NCBI GenBank assembly: GCA_039740895.1
Contig: JBCLGS010000003.1
Span: 1-52,949 of the forward strand
DNA from: Parcubacteria group bacterium
Lineage (GTDB): Bacteria > Patescibacteriota > Minisyncoccia > Phycocordibacterales > DATDWN01
Direction of reading: 5' to 3'
DNA: 52,949 bases
The notes under the pieces were generated by a model. It did not search any database. It was not told where the DNA came from and saw nothing but the letters and a program-made list of their open reading frames with translations. Position numbers and translations under genes: made by a program. Position 1 is the stretch's first letter. Every line of letters starts with the position of its first letter. Below are positions 16,290 through 25,244 of this stretch, piece after piece.

Positions 16290-18443
16290 ATGGAAATAAA
16301 AACTTTTACGACAGACTTTGGTGGCAAGGAATTGCAGGTCGAGTTTAATGATATGGTGGACCAAGCACATGGTTCTTGTCTTGTGCGATATGGCGATACA
16401 GTAGTACTCGCTACTGCTGTGATTAGCAAATGGGCAAAGGATGGAACTGACTTTTTCCCTCTAACTGTTGATTTTGAGGAGAAATTTTACGCTACAGGCA
16501 AAATATTGGGCTCACGCTTCCAAAAAAGAGAGGGTCGTCCTACGGATGAAGCCATCCTTTCTGGAAGAATTGTCGATAGAACAATCCGTCCCCTATTTGA
16601 TGGATGGATTAGAAACGAAATTCAAGTTGTTGTGACAGTTTTGTCTATTGGAGAAGATGATCCAGATGTTTTGGCCGTACTTGCTTCATCAATAGCTCTA
16701 GGAACATCACATATTCCATGGAATGGACCAGTCAGTGCTGTTCGTATAGGCCTAATCAACGCTAACAGCATTGACGGCCGAACAGGTTTACCTGTTTTAG
16801 GCAAAAATAGCGAATTCAGGGTCAATCCAACATATACAGTCCGAAACACAGATGCATATGCTTTAGACCTACTAGCTTGTGGCTATGATGAGAAAATAAA
16901 TATGATTGAAATTGGAAGTAGTGAAGTGTCCGAGGAGGATATTATGGTTGCAATGGATTTGGCCAAGGTAGAGCTCGGTAAGCTTCAGAAATTTCAGGAA
17001 AAAATAATCGCAGAAATCGGAAAAACCAAAATTAAAATTCCAAAACCAGACATTTCAGACAAAATAATATCTTTGTTCAAAGAAAAAATCCAACCAATAT
17101 TTATGGATAAGGTTTTTTCAGGTAAACCGGGAAAGGAAGATTTGTCAGAGTTGGTTACATTCTGGAATAAAGAAATTGAGATTTTAGAGGATAAAAATGA
17201 AATTGCACTAGCAAAAGACTTTTTGCAAGAAAAAATTGATGTAGCTATTCACAAAGAAATTATAGATAACAAAAACAGACCGGATAAAAGAGGAATGGAT
17301 GAGCTTCGTTCTTTGTTTGCTCGAGCTGGCGGTATTTCTAAAATAATACACGGCTCAGGACTTTTCTATAGAGGAGGAACGCATATTCTTTCTGTGCTTA
17401 CGCTAGGAGGTCCTGGCGATGCACAGCTTATAGACGGTATGGAAGGCCAAACAGACAAGACTTTTATGCTTCACTACAACTTTCCTCCATATTCAGTTGG
17501 TGAAGTCGGAAGAATGGGTGGAACAAACCGCAGAATGATTGGTCACGGAGCACTAGCGGAAAAAGCTCTCGTTGCAGTATTACCAAAGAAAGAGGTTTTC
17601 CCTTATACTATCCGTCTTGTTGCCGAATCAATGGCTTCAAATGGCTCTACCTCAATGGCTTCAGTCTGTGCTGGGTCTATTGCTCTTATGGATGGTGGTG
17701 TATCTATCAGTCGCCACGTAGCAGGTATCGCCTCTGGACTGATGATGCGTGATGAAAAAAATTATGTTATTCTGACGGACATCCAAGGACCAGAAGACCA
17801 TCATGGTGATATGGATTTCAAAGTGGCTGGAACAGAAGTCGGAGTGACAGCAGTGCAAATGGATGTGAAAGTTGGAGGTATTCCGCTACATATATTGAAG
17901 GAAGCCTTTGGAAAAGCAAAAGAAGCTCGTCTTAAAATTTTGAAAGTTATGAATGAGGCCATTTCCGCACCAAGACCAAATATTTCTGAATATGCTCCAC
18001 ATATTGTCACAATAAAAATAAAACCAGACCAAATCGGACTAGTTATCGGAACTGGTGGAAAAACAATCAAAGAAATTAAGGATGCTACTGGTGCTCAGAT
18101 AGATATTGAAGACGACGGAACTGTTTACATCACAGGTAAAGGCGATAGTGCTGAAAGAGCTCAAAAAATAATTGAAGATATGACTCACGAGTTCAAAGTT
18201 GGTGAAAGATTCCGAGCTGAAGTTGTCAAAATCGCAGAGTTTGGAGCCTTTGTCAGATTTAATGGAAGTAACGAAGGGCTCGTTCACATTTCTGAAATCT
18301 GCCCTCGCCGTCTTGCTACAGTTGATGAAGTTCTCCATGTCGGCGACATCGTTCCAGTGGTTCTAAAAGAAATAGACGACCGCGGACGACTAAAACTCTC
18401 AATCAAAGACATCGACCCTAATTGGTTTGATAAAATCAAGTAA
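16290..18443 (+). CDS. pnp: polyribonucleotide nucleotidyltransferase (PNPase)
   Basis: 717 aa with two RNase PH domains plus KH and S1 domains (GERFRAEVVKIAEFGAFV). Confidence 0.95.
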   Translation: MEIKTFTTDFGGKELQVEFNDMVDQAHGSCLVRYGDTVVLATAVISKWAKDGTDFFPLTVDFEEKFYATGKILGSRFQKREGRPTDEAILSGRIVDRTIRPLFDGWIRNEIQVVVTVLSIGEDDPDVLAVLASSIALGTSHIPWNGPVSAVRIGLINANSIDGRTGLPVLGKNSEFRVNPTYTVRNTDAYALDLLACGYDEKINMIEIGSSEVSEEDIMVAMDLAKVELGKLQKFQEKIIAEIGKTKIKIPKPDISDKIISLFKEKIQPIFMDKVFSGKPGKEDLSELVTFWNKEIEILEDKNEIALAKDFLQEKIDVAIHKEIIDNKNRPDKRGMDELRSLFARAGGISKIIHGSGLFYRGGTHILSVLTLGGPGDAQLIDGMEGQTDKTFMLHYNFPPYSVGEVGRMGGTNRRMIGHGALAEKALVAVLPKKEVFPYTIRLVAESMASNGSTSMASVCAGSIALMDGGVSISRHVAGIASGLMMRDEKNYVILTDIQGPEDHHGDMDFKVAGTEVGVTAVQMDVKVGGIPLHILKEAFGKAKEARLKILKVMNEAISAPRPNISEYAPHIVTIKIKPDQIGLVIGTGGKTIKEIKDATGAQIDIEDDGTVYITGKGDSAERAQKIIEDMTHEFKVGERFRAEVVKIAEFGAFVRFNGSNEGLVHISEICPRRLATVDEVLHVGDIVPVVLKEIDDRGRLKLSIKDIDPNWFDKIK

Positions 18444-18455
18444 AATAAAAATAAT

Positions 18456-18488
18456 AAAAACTACCAAGGCTTAGCCTTGGTAGTTTTT
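18456..18488. terminator. bidirectional rho-independent terminator
   Basis: 10-bp stem CTACCAAGGC / GCCTTGGTAG with loop TTA, flanked by an A-run and a T-run, between convergent genes. Confidence 0.85.
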
Positions 18489-18521
18489 ATTTGTTTGGAT
18501 AATTCTAAGTTTAAATATTTA

Positions 18522-19196
18522 TTACAATATTACAATAGTTGCCTTTGCTTTAAGAGCAGCTATAAACTCAATGACCAAAGCCTGCTGTTTGTTCTGTGTA
18601 ATCTGCTGTTTGATTTCAGTACTAATGGTTTTTAATGCTGGTGTGCTTGCACCATTTGCTGTTTTATATTGGTCATAAAATATTGAAACTTCAGCATCTG
18701 TCACTGTGATACCATCAACTTTTACATTTGCGGACAAATATTTCTGAATATTAAGTTGATTGAAAATATTTTCTCGAAGTTTTGCCTCTGTAAGACTTGC
18801 AGTAGTAAGCGCTTTCTGAAATCCTTCCGCGCCCCCATTTTGAGTAACAATAGTCTGGAACTGTGTTTCTACTTCAGCATCTGTTGTTACTATTCCAGCA
18901 GATTTAATTCCCTGTGTAATTAACTCATTATTTATAAGATTATCCAATACTTGCTTCTTAATTTCTACCTGCTTTGCAGGATCTTCCGTGTTCACTCCTT
19001 GAGCTTTTAGAGAAGCAACCATAGTTATCATCTGCTCATCGTACGCTGTCTTTGTAATAACAACACCATTTACCGTTGCAACTTTGTCAGGAGCAACCAT
19101 AATTTTTGACTTACCTGAACCCATAACCGCCCATACTACAATGGCCACTACAATAAGTGCGAATACTCCCCACATTGTTATTTTACTTTTATCCAT
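18522..19196 (-). CDS. membrane-anchored SurA-N/PpiD-like chaperone domain protein
   Basis: 224 aa. An N-terminal TM is followed by VATVNGVVITKTAYDEQ, typical of SurA N-terminal domain proteins. No PPIase domain is visible. Confidence 0.4.
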   Translation of the reverse strand: MDKSKITMWGVFALIVVAIVVWAVMGSGKSKIMVAPDKVATVNGVVITKTAYDEQMITMVASLKAQGVNTEDPAKQVEIKKQVLDNLINNELITQGIKSAGIVTTDAEVETQFQTIVTQNGGAEGFQKALTTASLTEAKLRENIFNQLNIQKYLSANVKVDGITVTDAEVSIFYDQYKTANGASTPALKTISTEIKQQITQNKQQALVIEFIAALKAKATIVIL

Positions 19197-19375
19197 ATTT
19201 ATATTTAATAAATTTACCTGATTAATGTACTGGAAATTTTATCACAGTAATATTATTTTTAACAGCACCACTGCAGACGATTTCTCTGCTAGAGAAATCG
19301 AGTCGAAAAGAATGTTTGACGAAAGCCACAACATTTTTTTGGCTAATCTTGCAGAAGAGAGCCTTCTGCAGATCA

Positions 19376-20080
19376 CTAAATCAAAAATAAACTTGATACG
19401 GCGATAGCAGCTGTTTCAGCGCGGAGAATTTGTGAGCCAAGAGAAACTATTGGAACATTGTATGTTTTGAAAAGAGCAATTTCTTTGTCACTAAATCCCC
19501 CCTCTGGGCCAATGAATACGGCAGAGGAAACTTGGCTCGTACTATTTTTATATTGTTCAAAAGAAATTCCTCCTGGATGAAAAACTACTTTTTCTTGTGG
19601 TAAGATTCCACTTTCAAATAAATCGGGAATAGTGGTGGGACTGTGGACTTTTGGAATATCTCCCCTGCCCGATTGCTCTGAAGCCTCAATAACAATTTTT
19701 TCCATTCTTTCCATATTTATTTTTCTTTTTTCAGAGTGCTCGCAAATTATTGGAACAATATTTGTCACACCAAGCTCTGTAGCTTTCTGTGCAACCCATT
19801 CAAAATTATCTTTTTTTATTAGAGCCACACAAAGCCAAACATTTTTCCTTTGGGTGATATCTGGCGTTTGTTTTTTCTTGAAAACTGAGACTGTAGCCCC
19901 TAGATTTCTAATTGAAGAAATTATACATAGATAGTCTGTGCCTGAGCCGTCAAAAATAATGACTTGAGAGCCAACATTGTATCGAAAAACTTTTGACCAC
20001 TGATGAACCAAATCCCTATCAGTAATATCAAAAGTTTCGCTTGTAATAGGAGTGTGAACAAAAAATCGATGTAGCCTCAT
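19376..20080 (-). CDS. rsmE: 16S rRNA (uracil1498-N3)-methyltransferase RsmE
   Basis: 234 aa with an MRLHRFFV start and a C-terminal SPOUT region GPEGGFSDKE...LGSQILRAETAAI. Confidence 0.85.
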   Translation of the reverse strand: MRLHRFFVHTPITSETFDITDRDLVHQWSKVFRYNVGSQVIIFDGSGTDYLCIISSIRNLGATVSVFKKKQTPDITQRKNVWLCVALIKKDNFEWVAQKATELGVTNIVPIICEHSEKRKINMERMEKIVIEASEQSGRGDIPKVHSPTTIPDLFESGILPQEKVVFHPGGISFEQYKNSTSQVSSAVFIGPEGGFSDKEIALFKTYNVPIVSLGSQILRAETAAIAVSSLFLI

Positions 20081-20119
20081 AATAGATATACATTACGACA
20101 TATTTTTATAAAAGAAAAG

Positions 20120-20147
20120 CCTAGGAACTCATGTGGGAATTCCTAGG
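20120..20147 (-). terminator. terminator hairpin of islet C
   Basis: Stem CCTAGGAA / TTCCTAGG, followed on the minus strand by CTTTTCTTTT. Confidence 0.65.
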
Positions 20148-20165
20148 ACTTTGTAGGCAATGGCG

Positions 20166-20597
20166 TCAATTAGATGTTGAATGATTGAACCGAATGAGAG
20201 TCGTTACAGTGCGACCAAGCTGGGACAATTCCTCATCGCTACCTGCTACAACGATAATCAGTTCTGGATCTTCAGAAGACCTTTCAGAGCCAAGGATAAA
20301 CATCTCTACAGTGGACGCATATGTTGGGTACCTATGGGCTGTCGCCGCCTTGATATCCCGCAATGTAACCTTGCTCCCATGAACAACAACACAACTAAAC
20401 ACTTCAGGAGAATCTTCCATTCGAGGATCAATCGCCTGAATGATCCTAGCAAGCTCAAGGGCAACAACAGGAGTCACCCTTAAGGAACGAAGAATGTCAT
20501 TTCTTATCAGGAAAGTATTTTTGGAATCTTCAATATGCTCCTCCACACGATCATTTAACATTTTTAAAACCTCCAAAAGATACTCTAGCATATCCAT
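20166..20597 (-). CDS. hypothetical cytosolic protein (GC-elevated islet C)
   Basis: 143 aa with no recognisable domain, no clear SD and no leader motif. Composition is clearly richer in G+C than rsmE or clpP. Confidence 0.5.
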   Translation of the reverse strand: MDMLEYLLEVLKMLNDRVEEHIEDSKNTFLIRNDILRSLRVTPVVALELARIIQAIDPRMEDSPEVFSCVVVHGSKVTLRDIKAATAHRYPTYASTVEMFILGSERSSEDPELIIVVAGSDEELSQLGRTVTTLIRFNHSTSN

Positions 20598-20679
20598 ATT
20601 ACTTTTGCAATCTGAAAAATTCTGCTATAATAGTTAACATATTAACAATCAATTATTCTAGATAATCGCGATCTTTCAC

Positions 20680-20781
20680 AATTTAGTCAAGGCCGCGTAT
20701 AAAATTTAAAAAGGCTCGAATGTGTATACTATATACAGCGAGAACCTTTTTCAAATTTTAGACGATAGGATTGGCTAAATT
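20680..20781. repeat. long imperfect palindrome (apical GTATACTATATAC)
   Basis: Arms AATTTAG..AAAATTTAAAAAGG / CCTTTTTCAAATTTT..CTAAATT. Confidence 0.75.
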
Positions 20782-20801
20782 TAGAAGCTCCATACAAAAA
20801 C

Positions 20802-21377
20802 ATGTCTTATTTAATACCCACAGTTATAGAGAAATCACAGTTTGGCGAGCGAGCGTATGACATCTACTCGCGACTTTTGCGTGAAAATATCATCTTTCTT
20901 GCTGGTCCAATAGATGACCATATGGCAAGTATTGTCATAGCCCAGCTTCTTTTCTTGCAATCTGAAGATTCAAAAAAAGACATTTCAATCTACCTAAATT
21001 CCCCTGGAGGCTCTGTTTCCTCAACTTTGGCCATTGTGGACACAATGAACTACATAAAAAACCAAGTTTCCACAGTTTGTGTCGGTATCGCAGCTTCTGG
21101 AGCAGCCATTATTCTCTCATCTGGAGCAAAAGGTAAGAGATTTATACTTCCAAACGCAGAAGTAATGATTCATCAGCCACTTGGAGGTGCCGAGGGTCAA
21201 GCATCAGATATTGAGATTTCTGCCAGACACATCCTCAAAACTCGCGAGAATTTGAACAAAATGCTGGCCAAAAACACAGGCAGAACTCTGTCTCAGATAG
21301 AAAAGGATGTTGACCGAGACTTCTTCATGAACGCCGAGGAAGCCAAAAAATACGGCATAGTAGACAAAATCCTCTAA
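20802..21377 (+). CDS. clpP: ATP-dependent Clp protease proteolytic subunit
   Basis: 191 aa containing [18 protein letters not shown] and the catalytic Ser context GIAASGAA, with MIHQP. Confidence 0.95.
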   Translation: MSYLIPTVIEKSQFGERAYDIYSRLLRENIIFLAGPIDDHMASIVIAQLLFLQSEDSKKDISIYLNSPGGSVSSTLAIVDTMNYIKNQVSTVCVGIAASGAAIILSSGAKGKRFILPNAEVMIHQPLGGAEGQASDIEISARHILKTRENLNKMLAKNTGRTLSQIEKDVDRDFFMNAEEAKKYGIVDKIL

Positions 21378-21589
21378 AAACAGAATTTCTCTTCCTTTCT
21401 GCTAGCTACTTGCTACTTTCTACTATTTGCTATATAGTGTATGTATTATTTAATTTAATTTTATAGCTGATAGTTATCGTTTTTTTCCGGAATACTTAAA
21501 AAAATATGTTAAAAAATTTGAACATTTACAGTTTTGATTTCAGAATACTTATACCATAAAAAACTAAACTCTCGGTTATTCGTACATTT

Positions 21590-23119
21590 ATGTCATTAAA
21601 AATAGTAATGCTCTTCGTGAGCATAGCGATCACAGTAGGTGTGGTCTTGGGTTACTATTTGCGACTTCTTATCTCTCTCGGACGAAAAGGTTCGATGGAA
21701 ATAAGATTGAAACAAATAGAAATGTTAGCAAATGAAAAAGAGAAAGAAATAATTACGGAAGCAGAAAAAAAAGCGGAAGGATTATTGAAAGTTGCTAGAC
21801 TAGAAATAAAGGAGAAAGAACATGAGAATAAAAAGAACGAAGACAGACTTATAAAAAAAGATGAGCTTCTTGACCGTAGACAAGTAGATATCGACCGTGA
21901 GGTAGAGGAAATCAAAAAACGAATTGAAGAAATTAAAACAATTCGCGAGCAAACAGAAAAAGTTGAAGCTCAAAAACAAGATGAGTTGCAAAAAATTGCC
22001 AAGCTTTCATTCGAGGAAGCAAAGGATGTAATTTTGAAAACCGTTGAGAAACAATCTGAGGAGGATATTTTGGCAAGAATGAAGAAGTTGGAAAAAGATG
22101 GTGAAGACAGGTTGGAACAAAAAGCTAAAGATATTTTAACCACATCTATTCAAAGACTTTCCAGCTCTGTTTCTTCAGATATGTTTACCACCCATGTTTC
22201 AATTCCAAACGATGAAATCAAAGGGAAAATAATCGGCAAAGAAGGACGAAATATAAAAGCATTTGAGCGAGCCACTGGAGTTGAAGTTATCGTTGATGAT
22301 ACTCCTGGTTCCATCACCATCTCATCATTTGACCCAGTCAGAAGACAGGTTGCAAAATCTGCCTTGGAAAAACTTATTGCCGATGGAAGAATTCAACCAG
22401 CAAAGATTGAGGAGTTCGTTCAGAAGTCAGAACAAGAAATAAATAAGGTTATAAAAGAGAAAGGTGAACAAGCTGTGTACGAAACAGGAGTTCTCGGACT
22501 TGATCCTAGAATTATTTCTATCCTCGGTAGACTTCACTTCCGAACAAGTTACGGACAAAATGTTCTTCAGCACTCAATAGAAATGACACATATTGCCGGA
22601 ATGCTCGCTGAAGAGATTGGGGCAAATGTAATGATTGCAAAGGCAGGAGCACTTGTTCACGATATTGGAAAAGCTTTGGACCACGAAGTTGTCGGCACAC
22701 ATGTGGAAATAGGAAGAAGAATTCTACAAAAATTCGGCGCAGATGAAAATATAATTAAAGCAATGCAAGCTCATCACAATGAGTATCCTTATGAAACACT
22801 TGAATCAAAAATAGTAAAATCAGCAGACTCAATATCTGGTGGTCGTCCTGGTGCGAGACGAGATAGTGTTGAAAATTATTTGAAACGACTATCAGAACTA
22901 GAAGCCGTAGCAAGTTCATTCAAGGGTGTTGAGAAATCATACGCCCTACAAGCTGGCCGTGAAATCAGAATATTCGTTACTCCAGCAGAAATTACAGACT
23001 TGGAAGCAAAGAAAATGGCAAGAGATATCGCAGTAAAGATTGAAAGTGAGTTAAAATACCCTGGTGAAATTAAAGTGACAGTCATCCGTGAGTCACGAGT
23101 TATAGAGTTCGCAAGATAA
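21590..23119 (+). CDS. rny: ribonuclease Y
   Basis: 509 aa with an N-terminal TM, a coiled coil, a KH domain (GKIIGKEGRNIKAFE) and an HD domain (HDIGKA). Confidence 0.95.
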   Translation: MSLKIVMLFVSIAITVGVVLGYYLRLLISLGRKGSMEIRLKQIEMLANEKEKEIITEAEKKAEGLLKVARLEIKEKEHENKKNEDRLIKKDELLDRRQVDIDREVEEIKKRIEEIKTIREQTEKVEAQKQDELQKIAKLSFEEAKDVILKTVEKQSEEDILARMKKLEKDGEDRLEQKAKDILTTSIQRLSSSVSSDMFTTHVSIPNDEIKGKIIGKEGRNIKAFERATGVEVIVDDTPGSITISSFDPVRRQVAKSALEKLIADGRIQPAKIEEFVQKSEQEINKVIKEKGEQAVYETGVLGLDPRIISILGRLHFRTSYGQNVLQHSIEMTHIAGMLAEEIGANVMIAKAGALVHDIGKALDHEVVGTHVEIGRRILQKFGADENIIKAMQAHHNEYPYETLESKIVKSADSISGGRPGARRDSVENYLKRLSELEAVASSFKGVEKSYALQAGREIRIFVTPAEITDLEAKKMARDIAVKIESELKYPGEIKVTVIRESRVIEFAR

Positions 23120-23239
23120 ACAAATAAAATCACCTCATCTGCGTTGTTGCGGTGCAAGTTTGCTCATTCACCGTACATTAGTACGGCTCATTCACAAACT
23201 TTTCCACGCCTAGCATCTGAGGCAATTTAATTTGTTTAT
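23116..23239. repeat. long imperfect palindrome starting at the rny stop codon (apical GTACATTAGTAC)
   Basis: Arms ATAAACAAAT..CCTCA..AAGTTTG..CCGTAC / GTACGG..CAAACTT..TGAGG..ATTTGTTTAT. Confidence 0.8.
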
Positions 23240-23389
23240 CAGAAAGTTTTTTACACAATATTTTAATCCACAGTCAATATGTTGCATTAAAAAAGTGTTG
23301 GTATATAATACCATTATAGTAGCTAGTGGTAGAATCTAAAAAATTCTACTGAGTTGTTTTATTATTAGTGGTTAATCAAAATCATAATT

Positions 23390-23662
23390 ATGAACAAGGC
23401 ATCAATAGTGGACGCAGTCCATGAAAAACTTGGCGGAACAAAAGTTCAAGCAGAAGAAGTTGTTGATTTAGTTGTTGACTCAATAGTTGGCACACTAAGG
23501 AATGGTGGTGAGGTCTCAATCGCGGGCCTAGGAATCTTCTCAACAAAAACTCGAGCTGCACGACAAGCTCGAAACCCACGAACAGGTGAAGCTATCTCTG
23601 TTCCAGAGATGAGAGTGCCTAAATTCCGCGCAGCGAAGGCTCTTAAAGAAGCAGTTAAATAA
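23390..23662 (+). CDS. hup: DNA-binding protein HU
   Basis: 90 aa containing GFGTF-like LGIFSTKTRAARQARNPRTGE, the HU/IHF signature arm. Confidence 0.95.
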   Translation: MNKASIVDAVHEKLGGTKVQAEEVVDLVVDSIVGTLRNGGEVSIAGLGIFSTKTRAARQARNPRTGEAISVPEMRVPKFRAAKALKEAVK

Positions 23663-23784
23663 AAACTTCCAAATCTGGCGCATTTTTTCGGTACTCATTT
23701 TGTTTTCTAGAAGCAGTATACTTATACAGCTTCGTCACAAACAAAATTCCGCCCTTCAAACTGCATCCAGATTAGAAAGTTTTT
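23663..23784. repeat. long imperfect palindrome, family 1
   Basis: Starts directly after the hup stop codon. It is about 90% identical to 7180-7303, with paired (compensatory) differences in both arms. Confidence 0.85.
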
Positions 23785-23852
23785 GAAAAATAATTCTTTT
23801 GAAAGAAACCAAAAAACTCCTGAATAGGAGTTTTTTGGTTATTTAATGAATA

Positions 23853-24176
23853 TTATTTGAAAAGCAGTTTCAATTTTTCCATTATCATTTTCAAATAAGG
23901 TAATTCAAGAACACCGAACTTGCCCAAAATAATTTTCTTTTGAAGTGTTGCTAATTTACTGACCCTAATAACAGAATTTATTTTCAACCCATTGATTTGT
24001 GACATTTTAATTGAAATATCAAACTGCCCCAACTTTTTCTCTTTTTTAGAAGATATGAAAGCAACTATACAATCCTCTCCTTTGTCTTGACTATATAAAA
24101 CAATAGCTGGTCTGACTTTCTGTCCAGACATATCTGTAAATGGAAACGGTATGAGTACAATATCTCCCTTAAACAT
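23853..24176 (-). CDS. type II toxin, PemK/MazF family endoribonuclease
   Basis: 107 aa. MFKGDIVLIPFPFTDMSGQKVRPAIVL is the PemK/MazF N-terminal signature. It overlaps the upstream antitoxin ORF by 8 nt. Confidence 0.8.
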   Translation of the reverse strand: MFKGDIVLIPFPFTDMSGQKVRPAIVLYSQDKGEDCIVAFISSKKEKKLGQFDISIKMSQINGLKINSVIRVSKLATLQKKIILGKFGVLELPYLKMIMEKLKLLFK

Positions 24177-24420
24177 ATTTTTCCTTTAAATCAGCCAGTG
24201 AGTAAATCTCTTTTTCTTTAGCAAGAAAATCAAAGCTTTTTGAGTAACTATTTATATTAGTTATATCGTTTAATTCTGAGTTGTAGGCACTTGGAAACTG
24301 AATAAGCAGAGCATCAATAGAATTTCGCCGACCAATACCAAATACCTGGCCAGAGTACTTGACTTGGTTTATTATATTACATATATCTTTTCTGGCTTTA
24401 GTTGTTGTGATTATTTTCAT
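24169..24420 (-). CDS. cognate antitoxin (Phd/YefM-like)
   Basis: 83 aa from MKIITTTKARKDICNIINQV. Assigned by position and size; family assignment is weak. Confidence 0.5.
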   Translation of the reverse strand: MKIITTTKARKDICNIINQVKYSGQVFGIGRRNSIDALLIQFPSAYNSELNDITNINSYSKSFDFLAKEKEIYSLADLKEKYV

Positions 24421-24546
24421 AATGTACATATTGTACAAAATTGAAATAATAAATGCAAGTCAACTAAATCTGAGAGTTTTTTAATTTTCTGTGCGTTTAT
24501 GTTTTAAGGGGTGGTGCAGTTCAGATTAGAATTCAAGTCAGAGTAC

Positions 24547-24670
24547 TTGACAAATATCAAACTTTAGTTTAGTATTGCGGTAGGAGAAATCCTAATATTC
24601 TTTGAATTAAATCCAGTAAATCCTGACCAACATTGGAAATAATGCTGGCAGGTGTGGATGAGGAGAATAA
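24547..24670 (+). promoter_or_regulatory. islet D promoter and conserved leader module
   Basis: TTGACA (24547-24552), 17 nt, TAGTAT (24570-24575). The leader carries three AAATCC hexamers (24587, 24609, 24618). Stem-loop 24622-24652 is CCTG-A-CCA-A-CATTG-GAAA-TAATG-C-TGG-CAGG. SD is GAGGAG. Confidence 0.7.
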
Positions 24671-25111
24671 ATGAAGAGAGTATTGTTCGTTGCGGTGATT
24701 GCCATGACCTTGGTGGGTTGTGGTGTTGTGGATAAGGTCTCGACAGACCACAATAATCCGCCGTGCAACCTGACGTCTCTGAAGATCAAGGAAATCAAGA
24801 TCATTGGGGATAAGGAGGGTTTTGTCGCTCGTGCAATTAAGTCCGAACTCTACAAGTTCGGCGCACGGGTCGACAAGGACGGGGTGGAGATGTTGGGAGA
24901 TGTCCACTGGAATGTCAATGGTACAATCCCGATGTCTCTGTCACTGGAGGCACCATCGCTTTCTTTCGCGTCGACTGCGAGAATTAGCGGGGCCTACATA
25001 GGAATGGACACGGTAAAGGGGTCGGAGGAACTCGGGGAGGAAGTCGGAAAGGACTTCTGTGCCTGCTTCGCAGCACTCATGCTGCCGCCTTCTCTGCCGA
25101 TAAAAAAATAA
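24671..25111 (+). CDS. lipoprotein (GC-rich islet D)
   Basis: 146 aa. Signal peptide MKRVLFVAVIAMTLVGC ends in a lipobox (LVGC). No recognisable mature domain. Confidence 0.7.
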   Translation: MKRVLFVAVIAMTLVGCGVVDKVSTDHNNPPCNLTSLKIKEIKIIGDKEGFVARAIKSELYKFGARVDKDGVEMLGDVHWNVNGTIPMSLSLEAPSLSFASTARISGAYIGMDTVKGSEELGEEVGKDFCACFAALMLPPSLPIKK

Positions 25112-25190
25112 ACAAGGGTTGAGACCCCTCAAAAAATCTCAATGGGTAAGACTCCGTATTCAGTAAAATGAAAACGGACATCAAACCCTT

Positions 25191-25224
25191 GGTGACGGCG
25201 CTTTCGAGCCCGTCACCTTTTTTT
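25191..25224 (+). terminator. rho-independent terminator of islet D
   Basis: Stem GGTGACGG / CCGTCACC followed by 7 T. Confidence 0.85.
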
Positions 25225-25244
25225 AAATAAAATTAAAAAGTTGT

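Noticed and set aside
21385-21425. Short GCTA/CTAC-rich low-complexity tract downstream of clpP.
   Set aside because: It is an imperfect, very short tandem-like pattern with no defined unit or copy number, probably composition noise in a spacer.
24729-24737. Perfect DnaA-box 9-mer TGTGGATAA inside the islet D coding region.
   Set aside because: It is a single isolated occurrence within a CDS, compatible with chance, and is not grouped with the 29311-29343 cluster.
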